From positions 33,335-97,334 of the forward strand of contig CANQUM010000004.1 of NCBI GenBank assembly GCA_947627045.1: 64,000 nucleotides of DNA, read 5' to 3'. A program made the position numbers and the translations under genes. Below the pieces are notes generated by a model. That model worked only from the letters and a program-made list of their open reading frames with translations, made no database searches and was not told the origin of the DNA. Of the stretch, positions 1-8,971 are shown piece after piece; the first letter of the stretch is position 1; each line of letters opens with the position of its first letter. This DNA is from an uncultured Clostridia bacterium (GTDB taxonomy: Bacteria > Bacillota > Clostridia > Oscillospirales > Ruminococcaceae).

Positions 1-164
1 CATGAACGAAACGCACTTTTTATTCTTTCACGGCTTTCTCTTACTACAGTGTCGGCTTGTCCGACAATATCAAATTTAGGCAATCCGTATGACGCCTCGA
101 TCTCTACTGTAACACCGAACGAGTTCATACCCAAAAGACCTATGCTGTTTATTTTTGCAAACAT
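1..164 (-). CDS. comM: YifB/ComM-family Mg-chelatase-like AAA+ protein, N-terminal fragment running off the window
   Basis: Manual translation from ATG at 164: MFAKINSIGLLGMNSFGVTVEIEASYGLPKFDIVGQADTVVRESRERIKSAF, which matches my recollection of ComM/YifB N-termini. AAGGGAG RBS upstream. Not in the ORF track because it is truncated. Confidence 0.6.
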   Translation of the reverse strand, partial: MFAKINSIGLLGMNSFGVTVEIEASYGLPKFDIVGQADTVVRESRERIKSAFRS

Positions 165-201
165 TATGTCAATCTCCCTTTCTGTCAGTGTGAAAGTCTA
201 T

Positions 202-1779
202 TTAATTCTCAATAATCTGTACCGCAATTTTAATTCCGTCAACTGCAGAGCTCATAATTCCTCCTGCATAGCCTGCTCCCTCTCCGCATGGGAAAAGATT
301 CTCACAGTTAAGTGAACGGTAACTGTCTGTTCTTGTTATGCGGACAGGTGATGAGGTTCTTGTTTCGGGTGCTGTGAGGAGTGCGCCGCCAAAACCAAAG
401 CATTTCATCTTGCATGAAAAATCTTTAAGTCCTGTTTCAATCATATCCGTTACAAATGAAGGAAATAAGTCTCTGAGTTCTACCGCTTTCAGACCTCTTG
501 AGTATGTGCCTTTTATTGACGATTTAATAATCGGATTTCTGCTGAAAAAGCCCTCAACTGTTGTCGCAGGCGCAGTATAATCCTTTCCTGCAAGATTATA
601 TGCACGGGATTCGATCTCCCTTTGAAAATAAATCCCGTCAAGCGGCTTAGAACCGAAGTCCTTTGGTGTTACCGATACAACTACGGCAGAGTTTGCATTT
701 TCACCGTTTCTTGAAAACTCGCTCATACCGTTTGTAACAATTGTTTTTTCCTCGCTTTGAGCCGGTACAACATATCCGCCCGGACACATACAGAATGTGT
801 AAACTCCCCTGCCGTTCTTATCTCTCTTTGAAAGCTGATACTCCCCCTTAGGCAGAAGTGGATTTCCCGCATTATCGCCATAAAGACTTATATCTACATC
901 TCTCTGTCTGTGTTCAATTCTTACGCCTACCGAAAACGGCTTAGGCTCAAGAACAATATTCTTTCTCGCCAGAAGTTCAAAAGTATCTCTCGCTGAATGT
1001 CCTACAGCAAGGATCACATCGTCAACCTGCATAGAAAATCTGTTTGTTTTTATCTCGCTGATTTTTCCGTTTTTGAAAGTGAAATCCTCAAGCATTGTTT
1101 CAAAATATATCTCTCCGCCTAAAGATAAAATACGTTCTCTTACAGCTTTTACAATGCTTCTCAGATTATCTGTTCCTATATGGGCTTTCGCTTTCGTTAG
1201 TATTTCCTTAGGTGCTCCAAACTCAACAAATCTCTCAAGTACATATCTGCACAGCTTGTCCTTGATCCGTGAAGTCAGCTTGCCGTCAGAAAACGTGCCT
1301 GCTCCGCCCTCTCCGAACTGAATATTTGAGGCTTCGTTAAATCTGCCTCCGCTTTTAAAAGCATCTACCGACAACACACGCTTTTCGATCTGTTCTCCGC
1401 GTTCAATAACTATCGGCTTAATTCCACTTTCAGCCAAAACAAGTGCCGAAAACATTCCTGCCGGGCCAAAGCCTATTACCGCAACTCTCTTATTCTCATT
1501 ACCACTTTTAAGTTTAGGTGAAAATCCAAACTCCTCATAATAAATTGCCGATTTTAGCCTTTTGCACAGCTCTTTTTCACACTTAGCATCAAAAAGCTGT
1601 ATAAAAACCGAATGAACAAATTTTATGTTATCCCTGTCCCTTGCGTCAATTGAAGTCTTATGAATTTCAATTTTACGCACGTCTCTTTTCTTTAGCGAAG
1701 CAATTTTTAATGCCTTGATAAAAATACTTTTCTTATCTGCATCAAGCGGCGTTTTTATTCCGGAAATTATTACGGGCAT
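202..1779 (-). CDS. FAD-dependent oxidoreductase (COG2509-like NAD(FAD)-utilizing dehydrogenase)
   Basis: 525 aa. Dinucleotide-binding motif VAVIGFGPAGMF, C-terminal GEGAGYAGGI motif. GAAGGTGA RBS. Confidence 0.7.
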   Translation of the reverse strand: MPVIISGIKTPLDADKKSIFIKALKIASLKKRDVRKIEIHKTSIDARDRDNIKFVHSVFIQLFDAKCEKELCKRLKSAIYYEEFGFSPKLKSGNENKRVAVIGFGPAGMFSALVLAESGIKPIVIERGEQIEKRVLSVDAFKSGGRFNEASNIQFGEGGAGTFSDGKLTSRIKDKLCRYVLERFVEFGAPKEILTKAKAHIGTDNLRSIVKAVRERILSLGGEIYFETMLEDFTFKNGKISEIKTNRFSMQVDDVILAVGHSARDTFELLARKNIVLEPKPFSVGVRIEHRQRDVDISLYGDNAGNPLLPKGEYQLSKRDKNGRGVYTFCMCPGGYVVPAQSEEKTIVTNGMSEFSRNGENANSAVVVSVTPKDFGSKPLDGIYFQREIESRAYNLAGKDYTAPATTVEGFFSRNPIIKSSIKGTYSRGLKAVELRDLFPSFVTDMIETGLKDFSCKMKCFGFGGALLTAPETRTSSPVRITRTDSYRSLNCENLFPCGEGAGYAGGIMSSAVDGIKIAVQIIEN

Positions 1780-1820
1780 ATTATTTCACCTTCTATAATA
1801 AACTGTAATGCTTATTCTTA

Positions 1821-1848
1821 AAAAAGGGTGACATTTTATTGCCACCCT
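1821..1848 (-). terminator. Rho-independent terminator after cdaR
   Basis: Minus-strand hairpin GGGTGGCA..TGTCACCC followed by a T-run (A-run on the plus strand). Confidence 0.6.
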
Positions 1849-1925
1849 AAAATTCAAAAGAAACATAATCCCGTTCTTAATTCCTGAGATTTTAAACATC
1901 ACAAATATTCAAGGGCTTTTATATT

Positions 1926-3197
1926 CTAACTGACCTCAATAGTTATGTCGTAATAGCCATAAGCCCACACTTTGCCGTTATCAGGCGCATATATCATTAC
2001 TGATTTGGTATACGAGCCTTTACTCAGAGTTTCTCCCTTTAAATCTAACTCTGCGATAAAATCAGACGACTTGATTGATGAAATGACTTTCTCAGGTCCG
2101 TAAATCGTTATATCTGTTATCTGATTGGTTCTTTTTGTGATCCTGTTGTCGTCAGATTTATTTATTACCCTTATCTGCGAGCCTTTTAACGAGATGACCT
2201 TTTTACTTAGATTGTTCTTTTTAACCTTTACGGTTACTGTGCTTATCCCTGAAGCGTTTATCAGACCGCTTTCTGTTTTAACATCCAAATCAAATTTAGC
2301 TCCTGGACGAATATCGCTTAACTGCAAATAACCCAGATGATTTGATACAACATCTTCAATATTGTTATTAGGCGACAGTACATCTATGCTGTCATCAGAC
2401 ATTGAATACTCTATTACAGACTCGTCGAAGTTATCCGGCGCACCCTGTATTCCAATTGAAAACGGAAGAGTCTTTCTCATATAAACAGAAAAGTCTATAG
2501 TAAACTCCTCTGTTCCCAGAGTTATATCAGACTGATCTATAATTTTTTCATTCTTATACAAAACTATATCAGTAGATGTCGCTGTATACGATTCTGACAA
2601 AGATAGCTTTCCGTCAAACCTCACCTTAACGTCAGTTATCTTATCTATCTTATCCTTAGGACCTCTTATTTCAACTTTCTCAGGCGATACAGAAGCCTCT
2701 GTCAACGTAAAGCCATCACTTGCACTTACACCGGCAGCATCAACGGTTACATCTTTTTCTACCGTTTCCATATAGTCAAAACTTACTTTAACCCTGCTTG
2801 GCGTTATATTTTCTACCGAGAATTCATCATCGTTCTTAGACTGAATTCTCACATCCAACTCATACTCGCCTGATTTTTCAACCTTTGATGCGTCGACCGT
2901 TGCATAAAGATCGTCGCTTGAATAGTTTCCAATTTCATATCTCATTCCGTTTATGGTTGCGCTGACCTGATTAACATCATATTTTACAACCGATAATCCT
3001 TCACGCTCAGCTTTTGTTCCGGTTAAGTCAACAGAAATCGGAATGTTTGATACGGTTTTATACATAGAAGGATAAAGAGTTAGGGATAACGCTATCCAGA
3101 TAACAACAGCTATAACAACAGAAAATATTCTTAAAAACAGCTTATTACCAAAAAGGTGTTCTAAATCTATTTTTGCTCTTTTTGTACGCTTTTCCAT
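1926..3197 (-). CDS. cdaR: YbbR-domain protein, CdaR-type regulator of diadenylate cyclase
   Basis: 423 aa with an N-terminal TM helix and repeated YbbR-like beta-rich modules. Overlaps the cdaA 3' end, the usual cdaA-cdaR arrangement. Confidence 0.75.
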   Translation of the reverse strand: MEKRTKRAKIDLEHLFGNKLFLRIFSVVIAVVIWIALSLTLYPSMYKTVSNIPISVDLTGTKAEREGLSVVKYDVNQVSATINGMRYEIGNYSSDDLYATVDASKVEKSGEYELDVRIQSKNDDEFSVENITPSRVKVSFDYMETVEKDVTVDAAGVSASDGFTLTEASVSPEKVEIRGPKDKIDKITDVKVRFDGKLSLSESYTATSTDIVLYKNEKIIDQSDITLGTEEFTIDFSVYMRKTLPFSIGIQGAPDNFDESVIEYSMSDDSIDVLSPNNNIEDVVSNHLGYLQLSDIRPGAKFDLDVKTESGLINASGISTVTVKVKKNNLSKKVISLKGSQIRVINKSDDNRITKRTNQITDITIYGPEKVISSIKSSDFIAELDLKGETLSKGSYTKSVMIYAPDNGKVWAYGYYDITIEVS

Positions 3198-4099
3198 TTT
3201 TTCTTCACCCTCTTTGCAAATCCGCCTTTATCCTTTTCAGATACGTCAGGTATTAAGCGTTTTTTCAGAAGTCTTTTAAGGCTCTCTTTAGAAAATCCCC
3301 GCGTAAGTTCACCTTCCTCAGCAACAGAAATGTTTCCCGTTTCTTCAGATACGACTATTACAATAGCGTCTGATACTTCACTTATTCCGATTGCCGCTCT
3401 GTGTCTTGAACCTAGCTGTTTATTGATAAACTCTTCCTTCTGAGGCGTAGGGAGAAAACATCCGGCCGCCAGAATTTCAGCGTCTCTTATTATAACAGCT
3501 CCGTCGTGAAGCGGAGAATTAGGAAAAAATATGTTTCCGAAAATCGCATCGCTCGGTCTGCAGTTAAGTATAGTTCCGTTTGCAACCTGCTCGCCGAGCT
3601 TTGTCTTTCTCTCACAAACTATCAAAGCTCCCGTTTTCGTCTTTGACAGATTGGCTGCTGAATCACATATTGAATCTATACATTCAATCCACGCTGAACG
3701 AATCTCCTGATTATCCGAACTGATAAACGACAAATTTGCAACTTTGGTACGTCCCATCTTTTCGAGAATTCTTCTCAGCTCCGGCTGAAAAACTATTATC
3801 AGTGCGACAAATCCCCACTTAAAGAAGTTTTCAAGCAAAAAGGTCATTGTCTTCAATTCGAGAAGCGAAGCTATTAAATAGCAAAGCAATATAATAATTA
3901 TTCCCTTAACAAGCTGTCCTGCCCTTGTCTCTCTGACTATTTGAGTTCCCTTAAAAATAAGATAGGATAAAATAGCCATATCTATTAAATCAACGATCGT
4001 TATTGATTTAAAAACGCTAACAAAAGCCTCCCAGACTTCAGATACCGCAGACAATACATTCACTTCCCTTCCCGTTTTTTTAAAAACAATAATCAGCAA
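3167..4099 (-). CDS. cdaA: Diadenylate cyclase CdaA (membrane-anchored DAC domain)
   Basis: Three N-terminal TM helices plus DAC motifs LHDGAVIIRD and RHRAAIGISE. The true start may be an internal TTG or GTG after the GGAAGGGAA RBS. Confidence 0.85.
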   Translation of the reverse strand: MLIIVFKKTGREVNVLSAVSEVWEAFVSVFKSITIVDLIDMAILSYLIFKGTQIVRETRAGQLVKGIIIILLCYLIASLLELKTMTFLLENFFKWGFVALIIVFQPELRRILEKMGRTKVANLSFISSDNQEIRSAWIECIDSICDSAANLSKTKTGALIVCERKTKLGEQVANGTILNCRPSDAIFGNIFFPNSPLHDGAVIIRDAEILAAGCFLPTPQKEEFINKQLGSRHRAAIGISEVSDAIVIVVSEETGNISVAEEGELTRGFSKESLKRLLKKRLIPDVSEKDKGGFAKRVKKKWKSVQKEQK

Positions 4100-4233
4100 T
4101 CAAATAACGCATTTTAAAATTATATCTGTATTTTCAAGACCAAATTCTTAATTTCATCTAACAAATTAATTACATAATATATCAAAAAGTTTTCTAAGAA
4201 TATTATAACACACCGATATTATTTTAACAAGAG

Positions 4234-5373
4234 CTAAATACCAATATTATTTACTTTTTTTAGCTCTGTTATAACTTTTCTTACTTCTATTTCACTATTG
4301 AATACCGAAGGTGAAAACCTCGTTAAGCCATCTTCTTCAGTTCCAAGAGTTTTGTGAGCAAGCGCCGAACAATGAAAGCCTCCTCGAAGTGCAAAACCAC
4401 GATTACTAAGATGTTCGGTAACCTCAAATGAATTTGCATTTTTATAGCTAAATGAAACTAAAGGAGCATAATCCTTATTTTCGTTTCTATATATCTTAAA
4501 ATTACTCAATCTTCCGACATTAGATGCAAATAAACTACACAGTCTGTCCTCTTTTCTTTTTATATTGTTCAATCCGTTATTTTTAACAAAATCAATTCCT
4601 GCACCAAGCGAAATTATTCCCGGAACATTTATTGTTCCGCTCTCCAGCTGTTCGGGAAGAAAATCTGTTTGCTCAAGCTCAAGAGAAGTTGCTCCTGTTC
4701 CTCCCTCAATGATTGTGCTTAATTGATACTTTCCGTCTGAAATAAGCACTCCTGTTCCAGGAAGTCCGTAAAGTCCCTTATGACCTGCACAGCATATAAA
4801 GTTTATTCCATCTCCCAGCTTGATGTCGAGAACTCCTGCTCCCTGTGCAGCGTCTAAAATAAAGCATATTCCGCGTTTTTTGCATATAGCTGCTATTTCA
4901 TTGAACGGAAGGATCTCTCCGGTTACATTTGAAGCTGCCATCATACAAACGCATTTTGTATTACTTCTTATAAGCGATTTAAAATTAGAAACCGTTTTTT
5001 CATTGCAGTCTCCGACCTCTGCAACGGAGTAGCTGACATTCTGTTTTGAATGTGCAAGAGCAAAGGCAGGTCGGGCTACGGCATTATGCTCAAGAGAAGA
5101 TATGATTATATGCCCTCCGCTTTGCATTACACCCTTCATCGCAAAGTTGACAGCATGGGTACAGTTAAGTGTGAACACAACATTTTCAGGCTTAGCATTG
5201 AAAAAGTATGCTATTTTTTCTCTTACCTTATATACTTCATTTGCTACCCTAACAGACATTTTGTGCCCGCTTCTTCCCGGATTTCCGCCTAAATATCTTG
5301 AAGCATAATAAGCACTGTTAAGTACAGCTTTAGGCTTTGGAAAGGTCGTTGCTGAATTATCAAAATATATCAT
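4234..5373 (-). CDS. Class V aminotransferase-fold PLP enzyme (cysteine desulfurase family)
   Basis: 379 aa. N-terminus MIYFDNSATTFPKP and a GHKGL PLP-lysine region, typical of Csd/NifS-like enzymes. Confidence 0.75.
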   Translation of the reverse strand: MIYFDNSATTFPKPKAVLNSAYYASRYLGGNPGRSGHKMSVRVANEVYKVREKIAYFFNAKPENVVFTLNCTHAVNFAMKGVMQSGGHIIISSLEHNAVARPAFALAHSKQNVSYSVAEVGDCNEKTVSNFKSLIRSNTKCVCMMAASNVTGEILPFNEIAAICKKRGICFILDAAQGAGVLDIKLGDGINFICCAGHKGLYGLPGTGVLISDGKYQLSTIIEGGTGATSLELEQTDFLPEQLESGTINVPGIISLGAGIDFVKNNGLNNIKRKEDRLCSLFASNVGRLSNFKIYRNENKDYAPLVSFSYKNANSFEVTEHLSNRGFALRGGFHCSALAHKTLGTEEDGLTRFSPSVFNSEIEVRKVITELKKVNNIGI

Positions 5374-5489
5374 CTTAACATCTGCGCTCCTTTAAGAGCA
5401 TACCTCCTTTTCAATTTCATAATATTTCTTTTACTGGCTGATTAAGATCAATATTTTGGATAAAATTTATCACCTTTCTTGTAATTTTG

Positions 5490-5708
5490 CTAAGGAAGTT
5501 TTTGATAAGCCTTGTGAGTGATATTCTCAGCATCAAGAATTGAAAATATATACTTTAAATCGTCTCTAACTCTTATTGAATAGCCGCAGCCTGAGCCCAA
5601 ATTTTTGGGCGTTTTTTGTATTTCACAATAAAGTCCCATATTGTTGAGGAGCTTCTTTGCTTTCATGGCATAAGTTATAGATGAAACTGCTATTAGGCTT
5701 TTTTGCAT
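5490..5708 (-). CDS. DUF3343-like small protein (putative S/Se carrier-like)
   Basis: 72 aa. The pattern SITYAMKAKKLL...CEIQKTPKNL..GCGYSIRV resembles DUF3343. Sits upstream of the desulfurase-like gene. Confidence 0.55.
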   Translation of the reverse strand: MQKSLIAVSSITYAMKAKKLLNNMGLYCEIQKTPKNLGSGCGYSIRVRDDLKYIFSILDAENITHKAYQKLP

Positions 5709-5929
5709 TGTTACTTAGTCCTCCTTTTGTCATTGACAATAAATATTAGGGGCATTAATATAATATGACTTATTCATTTAATCGTGAACAAAAATCTATA
5801 TATACTTACAAAAAAGCACAAAAAATTGAATAAATTTAAGTTTGTATTTCACCAAAAATACAAAATTTAAGAGCGTGTAGGACTAATTCCTGCACGCTCT
5901 CTGAATTTTTCAAAAAAACCATATATAAA

Positions 5930-6775
5930 TTATAATCTGTTTATCCAATCTATTGCCAGCTGAACCCACTTTTCATTAACAGGAACTATATGATGTTCAC
6001 CTGTCGAAGTCTGATAGTTGCAAAGAGAAAGACCGTGATTTCCCCACTCATATATATGAGCTTCAAATGGAATCTTATATTTTGACAAGGACTTCATATA
6101 AAACAGTGAATTTTCAACAGGAACAGCAGAGTCGTCTGCTGTATGCCATAGAAATGTAGGAGGAGTAGCTTTTGATACTCTGTTCTCAAGCGACATAAGC
6201 TCTCTCATTTTCAAAGCTTCTTCATTTGATTTGTCATCACCAAGCAAATTAAGAATACTCGTTTCGTGGGTAAACTCTTTGTCGCTTGTTAATACAGGAT
6301 AGCACAATATGCATCCGTTTGGCTTTATGTCATCAGGCTCTGCCCCAAGCGGCTTTGTAAGAACTTCTTTATCATAAAAGTTAGATAATGATGCCGCTAA
6401 ATGACCTCCTGCCGAAAAGCCAAGAACAAATATCTTATCTTTATCTACTTGATATTTCTTACAGTTGTCTCTTACATATTTAACTGCAGCTGCAAGCTCT
6501 AAAGCCGCTGTCGGAAATTTCTTATTCACGCATGAATATTTTAAAACAAAAGACGCTATTCCGTTTCCTGCAAACCTAAGTGCAACAGGCTCGTTTTCCC
6601 TGTCCGAAACATAGTCATATCCCCCTCCGGGACATATTATCAATGCAGGGAATTTTTTCTCGCCTATCTCTTCAGATTTTGACGTGCAATAGCTTGTCAG
6701 CGTAGGATTACAACCATCGGCGTTCAATCCTGCTTTTTTGTAATCCACTTTAATATCAATAGTTTCTAAAATCAT
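5930..6775 (-). CDS. Alpha/beta-hydrolase esterase (acetyl-esterase/lipase type)
   Basis: GFSAGGHLAA nucleophile elbow and an oxyanion-like PGGGY motif. Start moved to the second ATG, which follows a GGTGAG RBS. Confidence 0.7.
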   Translation of the reverse strand: MILETIDIKVDYKKAGLNADGCNPTLTSYCTSKSEEIGEKKFPALIICPGGGYDYVSDRENEPVALRFAGNGIASFVLKYSCVNKKFPTAALELAAAVKYVRDNCKKYQVDKDKIFVLGFSAGGHLAASLSNFYDKEVLTKPLGAEPDDIKPNGCILCYPVLTSDKEFTHETSILNLLGDDKSNEEALKMRELMSLENRVSKATPPTFLWHTADDSAVPVENSLFYMKSLSKYKIPFEAHIYEWGNHGLSLCNYQTSTGEHHIVPVNEKWVQLAIDWINRL

Positions 6776-6846
6776 AATACTCACCATTCCTATGTTTTAT
6801 AAATCATATAGTATCACAAACTAATATGAATTTCAATAATCATATG

Positions 6847-6875
6847 TTGAAAAAATTATTTTGCTGTGATATAAT
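6847..6875 (+). promoter_or_regulatory. Sigma-A-type promoter upstream of pheA
   Basis: TTGAAA, 17 nt, TATAAT, with TGa directly upstream of the -10 (extended -10). Confidence 0.5.
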
Positions 6876-6951
6876 TTAATTTGTAATTTCAACATTGTGT
6901 TCCGTTATTTATAACACTTGCAGTTGATAAAACAGATTTTCGGAGGAATTT

Positions 6952-8064
6952 ATGGATTTAGACGAGCTTAGAAAAAATATTGATGAAATAGACGATGAAT
7001 TATTAAAGCTGTTTGAAAAAAGAATGGATATTTCACATCAGGTCGCACTTTATAAAATAGAAAACGGACTTAAAGTGTTTCAGTCTGAACGTGAAAATGC
7101 AATTATTGATAAAGTTAGAGACAAGGCGCCAAATGGTCTTGAAAACTCGGTTGAAACACTTTTTACAACCATTATGGATATAGGCAAGTCAAGACAGTTC
7201 AGCGAATTTTTTGCCGACAACTGCAATATAGACTATACTGAATTTAAAAGGTCTGACAATATGAAAATTGCCTGTCCGGGAATAGTGGGAAGCTACACCG
7301 AACAAGCGGCGTATCAAATTTCAAAAAACGCTGAGATAAAATACTATGAGGACTTCAGCGATGTTTTTGAGGCGGTCGAAAACGGCGAAATGCCTTTCGG
7401 CATCGTACCTATTCAAAATTCTACTGCAGGTTCGGTAACTGATACCTACGAGCTTTTATCAAAGTCAGATCTACATATTGCCTGCTCGACAAAGGTAAAA
7501 ATCAATCATTGTCTTGCCTGCAGATATGAAACAGACGAATCACAAATCAGAAAAGTTTTTTCACATGAGCAAGGTCTTATGCAATGCTCCGAGTTCATTA
7601 AAGAAAATAAATTTTTTAAACGTGAATGTCCTAACACTTCTATTGCCGCTCATATGGTAAGTGAAAGCAGCGAGCCTTTAGCATGTATCTGCTCTGAAGA
7701 ATGTGCAAAAGAACATGGTCTTAAAATTCTGAAAACTAATGTTGCCAATGCAAATAAAAACTACACCCGTTTTATTCTTATTTCTAATAAGATCTACTCT
7801 TCAAAAAGAGCTGATATAGTTTCTGTAACACTGACAATTTCTCATAGACGTTCGGCACTGTACAGACTGTTGACCAAGTTTTCAGTGTGCGGTCTTAACC
7901 TTGTCAGGCTTGAAAACAAGCCCCTTGCATCTAAGGATTTTGACGTGCAGTTCTATCTTGATTTTGAGGGTTCAATTTTAAATCCCGAAGTTCCGAAGCT
8001 GATGGCAGAGCTTAGATCCGAATTGAGTTATTTCAAATTCTTAGGCAATTTTGAAGAAGTTTAG
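6952..8064 (+). CDS. pheA: Bifunctional chorismate mutase / prephenate dehydratase
   Basis: 370 aa. N-terminal CM helix (LRKNIDEIDDELLKLFEKRM), PDT domain (IACPGIVGSYTEQAA), C-terminal ACT-like region. Confidence 0.85.
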   Translation: MDLDELRKNIDEIDDELLKLFEKRMDISHQVALYKIENGLKVFQSERENAIIDKVRDKAPNGLENSVETLFTTIMDIGKSRQFSEFFADNCNIDYTEFKRSDNMKIACPGIVGSYTEQAAYQISKNAEIKYYEDFSDVFEAVENGEMPFGIVPIQNSTAGSVTDTYELLSKSDLHIACSTKVKINHCLACRYETDESQIRKVFSHEQGLMQCSEFIKENKFFKRECPNTSIAAHMVSESSEPLACICSEECAKEHGLKILKTNVANANKNYTRFILISNKIYSSKRADIVSVTLTISHRRSALYRLLTKFSVCGLNLVRLENKPLASKDFDVQFYLDFEGSILNPEVPKLMAELRSELSYFKFLGNFEEV

Positions 8065-8076
8065 TTTCTTAACATA

Positions 8077-8110
8077 CAAAAAAGGTATTGGGAAATCCCA
8101 ATACCTTTTT
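8077..8110. terminator. Bidirectional terminator hairpin between pheA and the holin gene
   Basis: AAAAAAGGTATTGGG-AAA-TCCCAATACCTTTTT: a perfect stem flanked by an A-run and a T-run. Confidence 0.7.
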
Positions 8111-8381
8111 ACGTTTCTTTAGTTTTATTCTTTTTAGAATTTTTCATTTCTCTTAAATGACTATCTGCTTTATGAGCCTCTTCAGTAAAGCTGTTATTTT
8201 TCCACCATGCCATAATAGACGTTACACCTGTAAATAATGCTGAAACGACTTGTGTTATTTCCTCATCATCAATCGGCAAAACACTGTGTCCGCTAATTGT
8301 CAGAAAGTTATTTATTAATGCAGCTATCAAAAGTACCGTTCTTATAACAGTAGCTTTTGTACACTTAATGTTTATTTTCAT
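8109..8381 (-). CDS. Phage-type holin (SPP1/Phage_holin_1-like)
   Basis: 90 aa from the ATG preceded by a GAGGA RBS. Two TM segments and the WWKNNSFTEEA motif, which I associate with this holin family. Confidence 0.6.
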   Translation of the reverse strand: MKINIKCTKATVIRTVLLIAALINNFLTISGHSVLPIDDEEITQVVSALFTGVTSIMAWWKNNSFTEEAHKADSHLREMKNSKKNKTKET

Positions 8382-8534
8382 ATCAATCCTCATTTCCCTA
8401 TTGATCTTCAACTATTTCTAGCCGTAAAATAATATTTTAAACTAAGAACCGCGACCAAACATTGTTTAGAAAAAACGATCCTCAATTATATTAAATGTAA
8501 AAACGAAAGGCTTTGTGAATTGATTGCCAAAACT

Positions 8535-8765
8535 CTATGACCTTTTTACATTTACCTTTTCTAAATCAAGAATACGATGATTTAAAACAGACTGCTCTTT
8601 TTCGAGTAAAGATGTTCTTACATAGACTTCGCTTAACTTTTCAACGCTTTTTTCCAGCTTTTCAATTCTGTAAGAAAGCAATCTGTTAGCTGTGAAAATT
8701 CCTGTAAGAGAGCCAAATGCTGTTCCGATAAGCGACAAGGCTGCTATTACTATTTCATTAGCCAT
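8535..8765 (-). CDS. Small membrane protein with an N-terminal TM helix and C-terminal coiled coil, function unknown
   Basis: 76 aa. IVIAALSLIGTAFGSLTGIF followed by heptad-like IEKLEKSVEKLSEV...LDLEK. Weak RBS. Confidence 0.4.
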   Translation of the reverse strand: MANEIVIAALSLIGTAFGSLTGIFTANRLLSYRIEKLEKSVEKLSEVYVRTSLLEKEQSVLNHRILDLEKVNVKRS

Positions 8766-8890
8766 AATTTTTTTCCGGCTCTGACCTGAAAACTATATAA
8801 AGTCGCAAAGCCCTTCTCCTTTCCTTAAAATTCTCCCTCACATATACATTAAAAAATAAAAAAAGTTGCACAATTAAATGCAACAATAAG

Positions 8891-8916
8891 AAAAAATGCT
8901 CCTTTTCAAGGAGCAT
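8891..8916 (-). terminator. Terminator after the Clp ATPase gene
   Basis: Minus-strand hairpin ATGCTCCTT-GAA-AAGGAGCAT followed by TTTTTT. Confidence 0.7.
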
Positions 8917-8971
8917 TAGTTTTCAATTGATAAATTATCAGTCGACTATATCTTGTCAGCTGTCTGTATGA

